This document shows positions 49,126 through 62,473 of a DNA stretch of 64,000 nucleotides, in pieces (within the stretch, counting starts at the first letter, position 1; the number at the start of each line of letters is the position of its first letter). The stretch comes from Mobula birostris (taxonomy: Eukaryota). The stretch is taken from the NCBI RefSeq assembly GCF_030028105.1, contig NC_092375.1, positions 44,057,130 to 44,121,129 on the forward strand. Reading direction: 5' to 3'. The position numbers and the translations under genes are program-made. The notes under the pieces were generated by a model that saw only the letters and a program-made list of their open reading frames with translations, was not told where the DNA came from and made no database searches.

Positions 49126-49259
49126 TAAGCGGCAAGACAAACAGAGACAAGAAATTTGCATCCATACATTCTGATAGAGAGGTTTCCAATCTAATTTGTT
49201 TCTATTATCATCTTTTGCTCTGATAAGTATACAATTTCTCATAGTCTACAAAATGGTCT

Positions 49260-50800
49260 GCATCCCACAGTGCTTCAGGAAGTAGCCCAAGAAATAGCGG
49301 ATGCATTAGTGATAATTTTTCAAAACTCTTTAGATTCTGGACTAGTTCCTGAGGATTGGAGGGTGGCTAATGTAACCCCACTTTTTAAAAAAGGAGAGAG
49401 AAACCAGGGAATTATAGACCAGTTAGCCTAACATCGGTGGTGGGGAAAATGCTAGAGTCAGTTATCAGAGATGTGATAACAGCACATTTGGAAAGCGGTG
49501 AAATCATCGGACAAAGTCAGCATGGATTTGTGAAAGGAAAATCATGTTGACGAATCTCAGAATTTTTTGAGGATGTAACTAGTAGAGTGGATAGGGGAGA
49601 ACCAGTGGATGTGGTATATATTTGGATTTTCGATAGGCTTTTGACAAGGTCCCACACAGGAGATTAGTGTGCAAACTTAAAGCACACGGTATTGGGGGTA
49701 TGGTATTGATGTGGATAGAGAATTGGTTGGCAGACGGGAAGCAAAGAGTGGGAATAAACGGGACCTTTTCAGAATGGCAGGCAGTGACTAGTGGGGTACC
49801 GCAAGGCTCAGTGCTGGGACCCCAGTTGTTTACAATATATATTAATGACTTAGACGAGGGAATTAAATGCAGCATCTCCAAGTTTGCGGATGACACGAAG
49901 CTGGGCAGCAGTGTTAGCTGTGAGGAGGATGCAGGGTGACTTGGATAGGTTAGGTGAGTGGGCAAATTCATGGCAGATGCAATTTACTGTGGATAAATGT
50001 GAGGTTATCTACTTTGGTGGCAAGAACAGGAAAACAGATTATTATCTGAATGGTGGCCGATTAGGAAAAGGGGAGGTGCAATGAGACCTGGGTGTCATTA
50101 TACACCAGTCATTGAAAGTGGGCATGCAGGTACAGCAGGCGGTGAAAAAGGCAAATGGTATGCTGGCATTCATAGCAAGAGGATTAGAGTACAGGAGCAG
50201 GGAGGTACTACTGCAGTTGTACAAGGCCTTGGTGAGACCACACCTGGAGTATTGTGTGCAGTTTTGGTCCCCTAATCTGAGGAAAGACATCCTTGCCATA
50301 GAGGGAGTACAAAGAAGGTTCATCAGATTGATTCCTGGGATGGCAGGGCTTTCATATGATGAAAGACTGGATTGACTAGGCTTCTACTCTCTGGAATTTA
50401 GAAGATTGAGGGGGGATCTGATTGAAATGTATAAAATCCTAAAGGGATTGGACAGGCTAGATGCAGGGAGATTATTCCCGATGTTGGGGAAGTCCAGAAC
50501 GAGGGGTCACAGTTTGAGGATAAAGGGGAAGCCTTTTAGGATCGAGATGAGGAAAAACTTCTTCACACAGGGAGTGGTGAATCTGTGGAATTCTCTGCCA
50601 CAGGAAACAGTTGAGGCCAGTTCATTGGCTATATTTAAGAGGGAGTTAGATATGGCCCTTGTGGCTAAAGGGATCAGGGTGTACGGAGAGGAGGCAGGTA
50701 CAGGGTTCTGAGTAGGACGATCAGCCATGATCATACTGAATGGCGGTGCAGCCTCAAAGGGCCGAATGGCCTACTCCTGCACCTATTTTCTATGTTTCTA
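49260..50800 (+). mobile_element. CR1/HER1-type LINE 3' ~1.5 kb
   Basis: [40 protein letters not shown]; tail ttttctatgtttct. Confidence 0.93.
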
Positions 50801-53800
50801 AAAAAGTAATTTTGTATCTGCAGTTGTGAATGCCTTGGACCACATCTAATAAACCAATGTATAAAGAACGTCTTGAAATGTGTCTGTCTTCAGCTTTACT
50901 GACAGAGTGGTAAGCTTGGTCACCTTTCATCAGACAACATCTTATTAAACAGGAGGAGGCAGGAGAACACTGGTTTGCGTGGCCAAAGTAGAATTCTGGG
51001 TTAAATTTAAAAACAGCTGAGAGTTGAATCAATGAATGCACAGTTGAAAGATGTTATACTTACTATAAATTCTGATGTAAAATTGCTTGATTTATCTACC
51101 ACACAGGACATGCTGTCTTCACGCTGCTGCCTTCAGGAAGAAAGTACCTCAGGACTCACATCACCAGGTTCAGGAACAGGTATTACTCCACAACCACCCC
51201 TTGACCCAAAGGGAATAACTTCACTTGCCCCATCATTGAAACGTTCCCACAACCAATGCCACACTTTCACGACTTTTCATCTCACATTCCCGATATTTAT
51301 TGCTTTTTGATCATTTTTAAATTATCATTATTATTTCTCTCTACCTACATTTGCACAGTTCATTGTCTTTTGCACATTGGTTGAAAGGCCAATTTGGCGC
51401 AGTCTTGTTTCTATTATGGTTATTATTCAATGGATATTCTGGGTATGCCTGCAAGAAAATGAATCTCAGGGTTGTAAATGTACTTCATTAACAAATTTAC
51501 TTTCAACTTCAAAGACCAATGTTTAGATTTTATATTATTCTACAGCTGAGTCTTGCTAAAATGTGATTTTCTTGAATTGAGGAAGATGGAATCATCAAGA
51601 ACCAGGTTGACTTTGTAAGTGATTAGATACGATCTAAGAGATAAAAGGTAATTAAACCCTTTTATTTATTGGTTGGAGAAAGCAGCGTTCACTGTTTGTT
51701 TTCCATGCTGCATGCCAAATAATTGCAAAGTTCCCAGCCTGGGTCATTTTTCCCCTTTGGGGTGTGAATCGGAAAATTTTAATCTGAGTAATATTCTGCA
51801 GTGATGACCAGTACCCAAAGGGATATCCCTTGTTACTAAGGAGACAGCTGGATTATTTCCTTCTTCCTAAAACAAGCTAGAATGCTGACATTCTTTAAAA
51901 TGTAATGGGAGCTTTCTGTAATATGTAAAATAATACATTGCTGGTTACTCACCTGGGATATGCTGGAAGTCCAGAATTCCTTGTGATTTATAAAATGCAC
52001 TGTGACCTGGGAGTCTATTCAGCTCGAATTTATATCGTGACCTAAGAGTTCACGAGTCAAGTTCATCCACTTTGATCAGTAACAAAATCTATTATTACAT
52101 AGGTATTTTCCTTCTATTTTACTCTCTCTGCATCCTGTTGGTTGTGTGTAGAAAATTCTTTAAGTATTCTATAAAAGCCAGATAGCTTGGCTGTAAACAG
52201 GCCAGATTGAGTTTATACTTGAGCAGATTCTAGGTCAGGGATTTCCCTTGTGATGGTGAAAACATTTCATGATCCTGTCATTCATTTAACAACCGGCTCC
52301 ATGTATCCATGGTGTCAATTATGGACAGCAGCAGTAGTTCAGGCTCATCCATGGGACGAAATTCGATGGCAATATATTCAGAATGAACTTGAGCATTGCT
52401 TGAGAGTCTTCAGGAGTTGAATTACAGATACAAGAACACAGCTGCAGTCCTTTTCTTCAGGGCTGTTTTCATAGAAACCAATGGCTGGTTCTCTCAATGT
52501 CCTTGGATTTTTTCAACCTGTCTTTCACAGCCTGAATGTCAATCTCAGTGATATGAAATATGGTTTGCAAAGTAAGTTCACTGTATCTTTCCTGCATTGG
52601 TGTTCTTTGACATTTTGTTTTAGCTCCAGTTACAGTATTCAGTGCCTACTTAACATTGTTCCCTGGTTCTAAGTGTTCACTAAGCTGCTTCTCCCGTGAG
52701 GAACATATGTGATTCCATTTCAAAGTGGCTTATTGTAACTATCAAATAATGGAGATGATGATCAGATTCTGATGTATTTTTCTTTATTCATTTATATGAT
52801 GAAGGCATTAGTGACAAAGATCAACGTTTACTGCAACACTAACTACTTTTGAAAAGGTACTCTTCTAGTTAGGGTTTATGCTGGTAAAAAGAGATTGTAG
52901 GCAAGATCATCATCCAGAAAACTGCACAATGGATTTATGGGCATTTGTGTATACATGCTCAGTCTACAACATTAAGGATGTACTTATGTACTGCTCTCTA
53001 AAGCAAGAAAATCTCAGTGCCTGCTTCAGATATTGAACATTCCAGAAACTAGACTTTGCAATGATAATACAGGAGGAATTAAATCATCAGGGTGGTGTGC
53101 AACCTGCCTTTTCAAAATTCCCTCTCTTAATACATGAGGGTTTTGCATTTGGACCTGGAGATTTTCATGTAATTGAAGACATTAATCAAAATAACACCTG
53201 ATCCTTGTATTAATCATTTCACAATCCTATTCAATTAATTAATTCAATTATTTTTATTAATCACTTAAATACAGGAAAAGAGGAAAGGAATTAAAATGAA
53301 GTAAAATAAAATGCCTCATGTTTCCATCTTTGCAAATAATTGTAGACTGAACTTTCTTCAGTAATAATCGTAGAAACAGTATACAGCATATAGCTATGGC
53401 TATGTACACTTGTACATACCACCAAGCAGTATTTTTACTTGCTCTTACCTAACAGTCTTCAGATATACACAAATCACAATACTTGATTCACAGAGTTGGT
53501 TCCAACCCGAAAAATTTACCCCACTTTAGAGACCACTCACTGACCATGATTCAAATGAGTGGTCTTCCTGAAAATCTATCACCTCTTCCAGTTTTGTTTT
53601 CATCTACCAGAGATATAAAATCACATTGCTCTAATTTTGGTTAATTACAGTCACTTATAGTAGGAACACTACAGCACAGAGACATGTCCTTCAGCCTATC
53701 TAGACCAGACCAATTTATTCTGTCTAGTCCCATCAATGTGCCATGGCCCTCCGTGCACCTCCCATCTATACACATATACAAAATTCACCTAAATATTGAA

Positions 53801-54094
53801 ACCAAACCTACATCTACCAATTCCACTAGCAGTGGTAATTCCTTAATCCCTTACTCCAATGCTGCAACAACACCTCTAAGGGTCTTACTATGTGACCATA
53901 AAATCCAGCAAGAAAACTAGTTTTAGTTCAACCTTAACATATATTGGATTAGCCATTTTGATTAACAAAGCTGCAAATGTTTTTAAACCAAAAAACCAGA
54001 AATAAGAAAACAGTAAGTCAAATAATATCACTGAGCAGAGAGGCATATCCAGCCATCCCTATTAAGGTTCCAAAACCGGAAAAAATAACAAACT

Positions 54095-54270
54095 AAGCAG
54101 AGAGTGGAGAGAAGGGAGGGGCAGACAGGGTGGAGAGAAGGAAGGGGCAGGCAGGGTGGAGAGGAGGGAGGGGCAGGCAGGGTGGAGAGAAAGGGAGGGG
54201 CAGGCAGGGTGGAGAGAAGGGAGGGACAGGCAGGGTGGAGAGGAGGGAGGGGCAGGCAGGGTGGAGTGGA
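54095..54270. repeat. ~26-bp purine/G-rich minisatellite
   Basis: About 6-7 copies of gggtggagagaagggaggggcaggca. Confidence 0.9.
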
Positions 54271-54567
54271 ATGTCCATGGTAGGTTGGAGACAAAAGTTG
54301 CTCACGTAACAACTAACTTTTTAAAAAGGGCTGTTGGAGACAAAAAGGAAGTAAGTTGAATCAGTAAGATCCCAGCTGCAGAGAGAAAGGGTAAGTAAGG
54401 TTGGCCAGGGTTAAAATCTCTTCCTTTAATGTATCAAAAGAAGTAGTAACTGGTGGGAGAAATTCAACTTATGATCTGTAGACCACAAGTTCTCTGCATG
54501 TTGCTCTTTGCCTGTCTGAAATTCAAGCATCATTAAAACGGACAAGCTCCAGAGTATGAAGAGTTTA

Positions 54568-54932
54568 CAGTCATCCCTCAGTATCCGCAGGGGACTGGTT
54601 CCAGGACCACACTACCCCCCCCCCCCACCCCAGCTAGCCATCCCTTACTAGCCTTAAACTCCTTCCTCTCACTCACTACACAAGTAGCAAAACAAACGAG
54701 ACGCAGAGTAAACAGTGCACAACTGAGTGCTGGACAGAGACTGAGGATCTGTGAAATGGCAGAAGGCTACAGCAGGGCATATCACTTCATTCACGTGGAT
54801 TCGCATAATGCTCGGTGCGCAGCAAATTCAAATTTTGCTTTTTGGAACTTTCTGGAATTTTTTTCGAGTATTTTCAATCCACGGTTGGTTGAGTCCGCGT
54901 ATGCGGAACCTGCGGATACGGAGGGCCGAATG
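54568..54932. mobile_element. Tigger/pogo-like MITE
   Basis: TA-flanked inverted termini cagtcatccctcagtatccgcagg / cctgcggatacggagggccgaatg. Confidence 0.75.
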
Positions 54933-55719
54933 TACTCTGAATCAAGTTTAGGTAAAAGATGGACATTCCTTGTTACATTTCTCCCTTGTTACATTTCCCC
55001 CAAATTCAGCCTTAGATACATCCAACCACCGAAAGGATTTATTATAGTTAAGAAGCAATAAACTTTGGAAGTTTTGCTGCGAGCGTATGACTGTTTCGAG
55101 AAACACATCTTTTCAATTATAAATCTGATGGCTTCTCTCCATTATCCACACGGATAAGGTGTTTTCCATCTGAAAATACAAATGGGAACAAAAGTCAACA
55201 TTTATTCTGCTAATACTGTGTATACATCAGCAGGGCTATCATAATGAAATAATCTTAAATTGATTGTAATTCTGTATCTTTTATTTAGCCTTAGATTATT
55301 TCATATTCAGGTTTAAAATAAGCATTGATCATTCTAAAACACAGTACAACAATTGCACTCAATTTTACACTGTGCACTTCCTCAGTTTTCTGCATTCCTA
55401 CCAACAAAATCGTTACCTTACCTGAAAATTCTCAGTGATGGAAACCACTTGGTTAGTGAAAACCAGAAAACAGTTGTCAGTCATTCTGCATTACTAACAA
55501 TTTCTAAAGTTTCTCATGATCTACAACCAGATAATTGTGCCAAATTTAGTTAATCCATCTCTGCAGTACTGTATTCAAGTGGAATTATTTTCCCAAAATA
55601 GGTTCATTTGTATTTACTCAAAGTTCTATATATGCTTAATTTAATGTACCAAGTCAAAATGGTGCCAAGCAATGATGTCTGTCAAGTTGTGGCTCAGACT
55701 TATTCCTTTGAGGCTAAGG

Positions 55720-56510
55720 AATGGTTTTGGGGACATTGAGCAATTACAGGTCAGGTTTGGGTTTCGGGGCATAGATGCCGGGGAGATAAAGGTTAGGGCC
55801 TGTAAATGAAGAGTGAGGGCAGGAGTTGGTGGTCATAGTCCAGGCTGAAGCACTGAGGATGAAGATCAGCTATCCCCATGGTCAAGGACTGTGGTTGGCT
55901 GGTCCCAAAGATGTAGGGTTGGTGACCCTCCCAGGCCGCCAAGCCCTGGGTTCGGAAGTCCATGCGAGTCTGGAGGTCTATGCTCAGAGTTGAACATCCC
56001 ATGTGATTGGTCAACCCTGGGGTCAACACCAAAGGTCAAAGAGCAAAATCAGCGAGTTCAAAAATTGGGGCCTGAAGGTTGAAGCCCTGAAATTTGAAGC
56101 CCCTTGATCAGTGTGTTCGGAAGTTGCTGGCTCAACATTCGTGAGTCTAGGCTAGGGACTAGGGTTAGAGGCACAATGTCTATGCCTGCTGAGTGTTCGA
56201 GGCCAAGGACTGGGGTCAAAGGCTCAGAGGTGGCCAGTCCTGGGGTTGGAGGGGGGTGTGTGTGTGTGTGTGTGTATTGATAGGTGAGAAAGGGACTTCT
56301 CTTGCTGTGTTTTTTTGCTTTGTTGTTGGTGTTGTTGCTTGGGTTGTTCTGCTGATCATAGTGAACATACTATATTGGTGCCGGAATGTGTGGCAACACT
56401 TGTGGGCTGCCCCAACACAACCTTGGGTCGTGTTGGTTGTTAACACAAACGACAAATTTCATTGTATGCTTCGATGTACATGTGATAAATAAATTAATCT
56501 GAATCTGAAT
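55720..56510 (+). mobile_element. Non-LTR retroelement/SINE-like 3' fragment
   Basis: GT-rich 3' region ending aataaattaatctgaatctgaat, a microsatellite tail typical of LINE-mobilised elements; family not identified. Confidence 0.5.
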
Positions 56511-58026
56511 GTACTTCTTGTTTCTTGATGTTCCTCCTCCAAAACTGTTAGAGCGTGCAACAGTTTAATCTCAGCATGCAAAAAAATCTAGTTTTTAAAT
56601 TATAATTAGAAATAACAAATAAGCTTTCTAACTCAATACAAAATAAAAACAGCAAGTGCCAGAAATGTGCTGCAGATCAGGAAAGTGGAAAAAGGATTAA
56701 TATATAATTGTGAAGACCCTTTGTTGGAACTGGAGAAGGGGAGAACACAGTTTGGTGTCAAGGTATGGGATAAGTGACAGAGGGATGAACAGAACAAAGG
56801 GAGTATATAGGGTAAGAGGAGGCCAGGGTAAGATGATTCAATGGGTGCAGTTAGGAAGAGATAACAAAGTCTTCTGCTCAAAATAACCCAATGCATGATT
56901 AGGGAGCAACACCTCATCTTCTATCTGGGCATGTGCCGACTCAAAATTGAATCCTACCACTTTGGGTAACACACTTTATCCATGTAAAATCAGGCCAGGT
57001 GGCTCTGGGATATTGGTTCATTTTCTTTTGTCTGTCCATAAGCCTGACCTAGGCTTGTTCTATTGGATGGCATCTCCTTTGTGTTCTCACATTCCAACGG
57101 CTCCCATATTGTAGCTTTTATGCCATTTTCTTTGTTTTTGTTCCAACCAATACTGGGTAACAGAACACCTTCAATAGCAGCATTATAACCAAATTCCCAT
57201 GATTATCTAATTGTGAACTTGTAGTGATGCTCATTGAAGCTGCACTTATTGCGCTAGCATACCCTCATCATTCACAAGAATGATGTCCTAAAAAATATTT
57301 TCTCTTTAGGTCACGCTAAGAGCTTCATAAAGCCTGAACCATAGTTAAATTTACAAAGTGTGCTTCTGTCAATCATGTTCACCCGCCAGAAATGGAAGGC
57401 AGCGTCCAGACTGCTATGTGGGAAACTGGAAAAGAACAAAAACTGAGTGTGTAACAGAGGCATGTTCAGCAATGGTAAAAGCTGGAATACCTGTGAATGA
57501 ATGAGGATGGTCATTTCGGACAAATCAAGTTACAACACTGGAAAATGACATTGCAATATTAACCTACAAGTGCAAATTCCAACAGAAAGTCTGGTTACAA
57601 ATTCCTGATGTAATGCAATGCAATGTAACCTGGAAACAATCACTAATATACTCAGCACAAAATTAAATCTATGTTCAATAACACTGTGCTGTTTTTCTAA
57701 TGATTTACTTGAACTTAAGCCAGCTCTGCACTGACTTTAAATAACTATTGTAATTAAACATTAATCCAGTTACTTGTGAAATTGTCAAGAATTCTCCCAA
57801 AACTATCACTTAATTCTTAATAAGCATTATTTAATTTGCCCTTTTCTTAACATTTCAAGCTGGGCTTTAATTTCTGATTTAAAAATCTATGGAATGCAAT
57901 TTCTAGTGATTGTACTAAAAGGTTATGATTAAATAACACAACATTACTTAAAATATTTCCAGATTTCCTCTATTTTCAGCCTTGCTCAGTTTCTACACTT
58001 TTGTTCTTCCTTTGTTTCTCCTTGTA

Positions 58027-58799
58027 CAATGGGTTCCATTAATTGGGGCACATCACGATCAGTACATTTTAGCCCAATTAACCTGCTGCCCCAATTAGCC
58101 GAGGTTTCATGGAAATCATTAAAAAGGTGTAAAAAACACAAACTGAGTAACAAATTATGTATTTAACTGAAATATGGAACAAATTGGAAGACTACCAATG
58201 CTACTACAGTACTATAAAACTCTGTATTGGTTCTTAATAGTTATCAACAGAGGAATTCATTCAGTGTATGCAATGAACAAAATCAGTGCGGACACCTACT
58301 GCAGATGATGAACTGCCTTCATACAATGTTTTTGCTGAATGGATACTCCAAATCTTCATTTGCATTGTAACATTCAAGATGACTGCCCATACCTTCAAAT
58401 TCTCAGTAGTTCCTAACTTGTTGAAGTAATGAAATAATTTCATTTTTCACTCCCACCATTTCTTGCTTGACACCTCACTGATCAAAATAGTTCTGAATTG
58501 CCTGACTGCTTATTTCTTGACAACTATCAGTGACAAAAATCACTGATTTTTGAACACAAACACACAAAACTGATGCTATTTAAAAACAGTTCACCCTTAA
58601 GCATGATGTAGCGTCTAACAACCACACAAGTGCTAGTTAGAACCTGTTCAGCAAGTCTCCTGTCCTAATTAAGGGGCATGGTGTCACAAACAAACAAAGG
58701 GTACCTGGCTATTTTCTCAATTAGTTTTTGGTCTTAATAGTTGTCCTAAATAAACAGCTGCCCTAGTTAACTGAAAGCCCAATTAACTAGAATCCACTG
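58027..58799. mobile_element. Tigger/pogo-like DNA transposon remnant
   Basis: TA-flanked inverted termini caatgggttccattaattggg / cccaattaactagaatccactg; lies in the intron after the IgC exon. Confidence 0.7.
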
Positions 58800-58887
58800 T
58801 ATAATTTTATAAGATGTACTGATATACTTACTGCTTATTATGTTCATTTAACACTTTCAAAAGTAACAATTTTAGAAATAAACCTAC

Positions 58888-59157
58888 CTGAGAATATCAC
58901 TCGAGTCTGCGTAGGCTTGACCATCCATCGATGAGTCATGGAGCAGATATAGTGATTCACCTTATCAATTACTTTCAAATCATTTGTCACGTTGAAATAT
59001 CCATCACTTTCCCTCAATTTTATTTCATTATGCACTGCCAATGCATTCCCACGCTGGTCCCTCCACGTAACTTCTGGAGCAGGGTACCACCCTGAAGACC
59101 GGCATGACAGCACATCTGAATCGGAATCCCAGAAAACATGGATGCCATCTGTACTAG
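58888..59157 (-). CDS. Butyrophilin/B7-type IgC exon
   Basis: ASTDGIHV...LSCRSSGWYPAPEVTWRDQRG...YICSMTH; acceptor ttttatcttggtag|CT, donor G|gtaggt, phase 1-1, 270 nt. CxSxGWYPxPxVxW is the BTN/B7 C-domain signature. Confidence 0.9.
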
Positions 59158-59889
59158 CTACCAAGATAAAAGTAACACAAATTACAGCTAGTCAACAAGA
59201 ACACAAATCACACAGAAATGCTTCAATACAAAATGTTACAGTTTTTAGAAAAGCAATAACCCTCTGCAAAATTATATATTTAAGATATTCCCTATACTTT
59301 GCTGATAATCAAGATCTGTATATTCTGGAGAAAATAAATATCTATTGGAATGAGTTGAAAGTTACCCAAAATGTGCAACAAAATAAGACAATGGTCTGAC
59401 TCCTTTCCATTGGCTTACTTTGTTTTCATAAACACATTGTTCCGTGAGCATCGTAGGTACATAAAGTTTATAAATAAATAAGATGGCACTTTTTCTATAT
59501 TGATTCCACATGCATTCTCAGGCAGATTTTCTTGATAGAGGAATTAAGTTTAAATAAACTGGGCTGCAACTGAAAATAACCTGCACATCTTAGCTTCCTT
59601 CTTATAACAAATGAAGCAATGACTGAGCAAGCACCTTCATTGGTGAATAATCCTCCAAACTCTTTTCTTCTGTGCTGTGCTGAAGTGATCCGATGCATTC
59701 AGCACACACAGGAAAATAATAATCTTGCCAAGTAAGTATGCAGATACCAGTTTAGAATAACATTAAGCTATACTTCATCCCTTGTAATAGTTTAAATGAA
59801 TGAAATTGAGCTTTCAACATTCACCTGGGCCAACTTGGAAGATTCACTTGTCAGGTCCTACTGAAGAAACTGACCATGAGTTATCAGAA

Positions 59890-60118
59890 AACAACAGGAA
59901 TTCTGCAGATGCTGGAAATTCAAGCAACACACATCAAAGTTGCTGGTGAACGCAGCAGGCCAGGCAGCATCTCTAGGAAGAGGTGCAGTCGACGTTTCAG
60001 GCCGAGACCCTTCGTCAGGACGTCCTGACGAAGGGTCTCGGCCTGAAACGTCGACTGCACCTCTTCCTAGAGATGCTGCCTGGCCTGCTGCGTTCACCAG
60101 CAACTTTGATGTGTGTTG
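59890..60118. mobile_element. Young Penelope-like-derived palindromic insertion with 15-bp TSD and hammerhead-like cores
   Basis: Perfect 98-bp arms 59924-60021/60022-60119; TSD CATGAGTTATCAGAA at 59875-59889 and 60119-60133. Confidence 0.85.
60022..60055 (+). ncRNA. Minimal type I hammerhead-ribozyme-like motif (mirror copy on minus strand at 59988-60021)
   Basis: GTC-CTGACGA-AGG(GTCTCGG)CCT-GAAA-C-GTC-GAC: CUGANGA and GAAA cores, 3-bp stems I and II, GUC triplet; stem III is a loopless ACGU palindrome. Activity not shown. Confidence 0.55.
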
Positions 60119-61469
60119 CATGAGTTATCAGAAGAGTGTTCGATGTATTTGAGCCAGGATCACTCACAAGATGTTCAAGGAACATTTCATCAATTTTTTT
60201 TTAAGACTCCTCGTCAAGTAGCCATACTAAATAGCCAGTTCAAATAGAAATGGAAGTTATACAATATACAAATCAGTAATAGTCACTAGATGCAGTGCCA
60301 GGGAATAGTTGGTGCCATGTGGGTTCCAGTCAAACCAAACAGTGAATTCTGCAATCACCATTCCTTCGGGACTAGAGACTAGCAATAGTTGTTCTATAAA
60401 AGGCTGTTATGTGATGGTGTTATAAATAAATTTAATAGCTACTGGGCAGAACTCCATCTTTGTCGTCACTTCATATCTGATCTGGTACTGCTATAATATT
60501 AAATACTGCATTTTCACACCTTTAGCTAGAAGCCTTAGCTATTCGTATATTGTTTAACAGTTTTGGTTTTCCATCCATTGCCATCAAACCAAAATATAGT
60601 TCTATTTTTACTCATAAAACTATTTCTAAGTGTGTTTTTCTTGTAGAAATGCTACTAATGCCAAGGTATCAGGGAAGAGTCATAAGCTTTACAGAATTAT
60701 GTGATTGTTCTTATACCGTTCAGTCTATGGGGAAATGTTTGTCACTTTATTACCTAAAGATGATAGGGTGTAATTTCTGCAAAGGTCTCTCCACTTTGCC
60801 CTCAGCTGCGGTAGAGAGCCTGGGATTTGGCATATTTACCATCATTGCCCATCAACTTAATTGAATGAAGAAATGAATGAAAATAACCGAAGACTAGTTT
60901 ACAGATGGTAAAGACCTCAAGAGGAGGCAGAGAAGAATCATACACGTGCTATTTCAGAAGATGACCGTAGATGGTTCAGTATTGTCTTTGGTCTTCACAG
61001 TTGCCTTCTCATCAAGGATGGTGATATTCATGATGTATGATGTAAAACTACAAAGACTTTTACTTATCTCAGAAAAAGGCCATTCAGCCCCACTGGTCCA
61101 TGCTGACCAATATGCTCCCTCCAAGCTAAACCAGTTTTGTCTTTGGTCCATAAACTTCTAAACCTTTCCAATCTGTGCACCTGTCCAACTGTTTCTGAAG
61201 AGATATAACTGTGTTCTATCAAGTGATAACTTAATACTGTCTGTAGCATATGACCTAGCCCACATTCCTATATTGTATTTTCACCTGATGGATGTTTCCT
61301 TTTGAGCTCTACCTAATAATATTCTGGGATGTCCATATCCATCACTCACTGAACATAGGTTGGTCCTTAGGTTAAAATACAACGTTACTGATTCTGGTGG
61401 AACATAATCCTAGCACTCTGAAAGCTGGCAGTGCTTACAACTGGGCAGATTTGAACTGTGGTAACACAA

Positions 61470-61688
61470 ACAAGAGACAATCTGCACATGCTGGAAATCC
61501 AAGCATCGCACACACAATGCTGGAGGAACTCAGCAGGCCAGGCAGCATCTATGGGAAAGAGAAAAAAAAGAGTACAGTTGACATTTTGGGCCCAGGACCT
61601 TCATCAGGATTGAAGGGTCTGGCCCCAAAACGTCGACTAGGTGCTGCCTGGCCTGCTGGGTTTCACCAGCATTTTGTGTGTGTTGCTT
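61470..61688. mobile_element. Older, imperfect palindromic Penelope-like-derived repeat
   Basis: Same architecture as 59890-60118 but with diverged arms; GAAA core mutated to CAAAA in both arms. Confidence 0.75.
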
Positions 61689-62473
61689 GAACTGTGCTAA
61701 GGCTGCCCAATTTAATGTTATAGAACTACGGAACATGCAACATAATTGTATCCTCAATCTGAACACAGGGCTTTGTCACCAACAGCTTATAAACTGTATC
61801 AGCAACAAATAGACTGGTTACAGGAAGGTCAGGTGGGTTGCTCACTTGACCTGCAAAAGATCTAGTAACTATGTCTGTCAGGACTTGATTAGCTCTGTCA
61901 GCTATGATGCCACTGCATCAGTCTAGATGATAAGACCCGTAAGATATAGGAGCAGAAATAGGACATCAAGTCAGCTCCGCCATTCCAGCATACAACATCC
62001 ATTTCCCAGTATCCCTTCATGCACTGACTAATCTATCAACCTCTACCTTGACTATACCCAATGATGGCATTGATAAACTCAGGAAAAATGTGTTTTACTG
62101 CTACAAGTGATGTTTTTTTTAATTGCCAGAGCCTAACAGCAGAGTGCTGCTACTTTTTCCAACACTGTGCAATTGAAAATTGATTTAACAAGGAGTAAAT
62201 TGCATTTGGTACTATTTCCAGGAAAAACCACGCTGACCTTCAACTGATAATTCTGGCCAAGTCACCCTATTTCAAATTCAGAGACTTGGTTACAATGAGC
62301 TTTAATGCAACACAATGCTTTAATATTTTTAGGCTGCTGTCTTCTGTAAAAGGTAGTGTTAATCAGTAAAACATACCCTTTTATTTCTTGCCACTATTGT
62401 CATTACAATTTAAAAAAATGAAACTAAAGTGTATTTCACCCTCACTGAGAGCAGAGCAAGATATGTGGCATAC

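Noticed and set aside
51950-53580. Isolated strong minus-strand donors (CCCAG|gtgagt near 51952; TTAG|gtaaga near 53448)
   Set aside because: Associated exons have stops in the usable frames; could be non-coding exons but unsupported.
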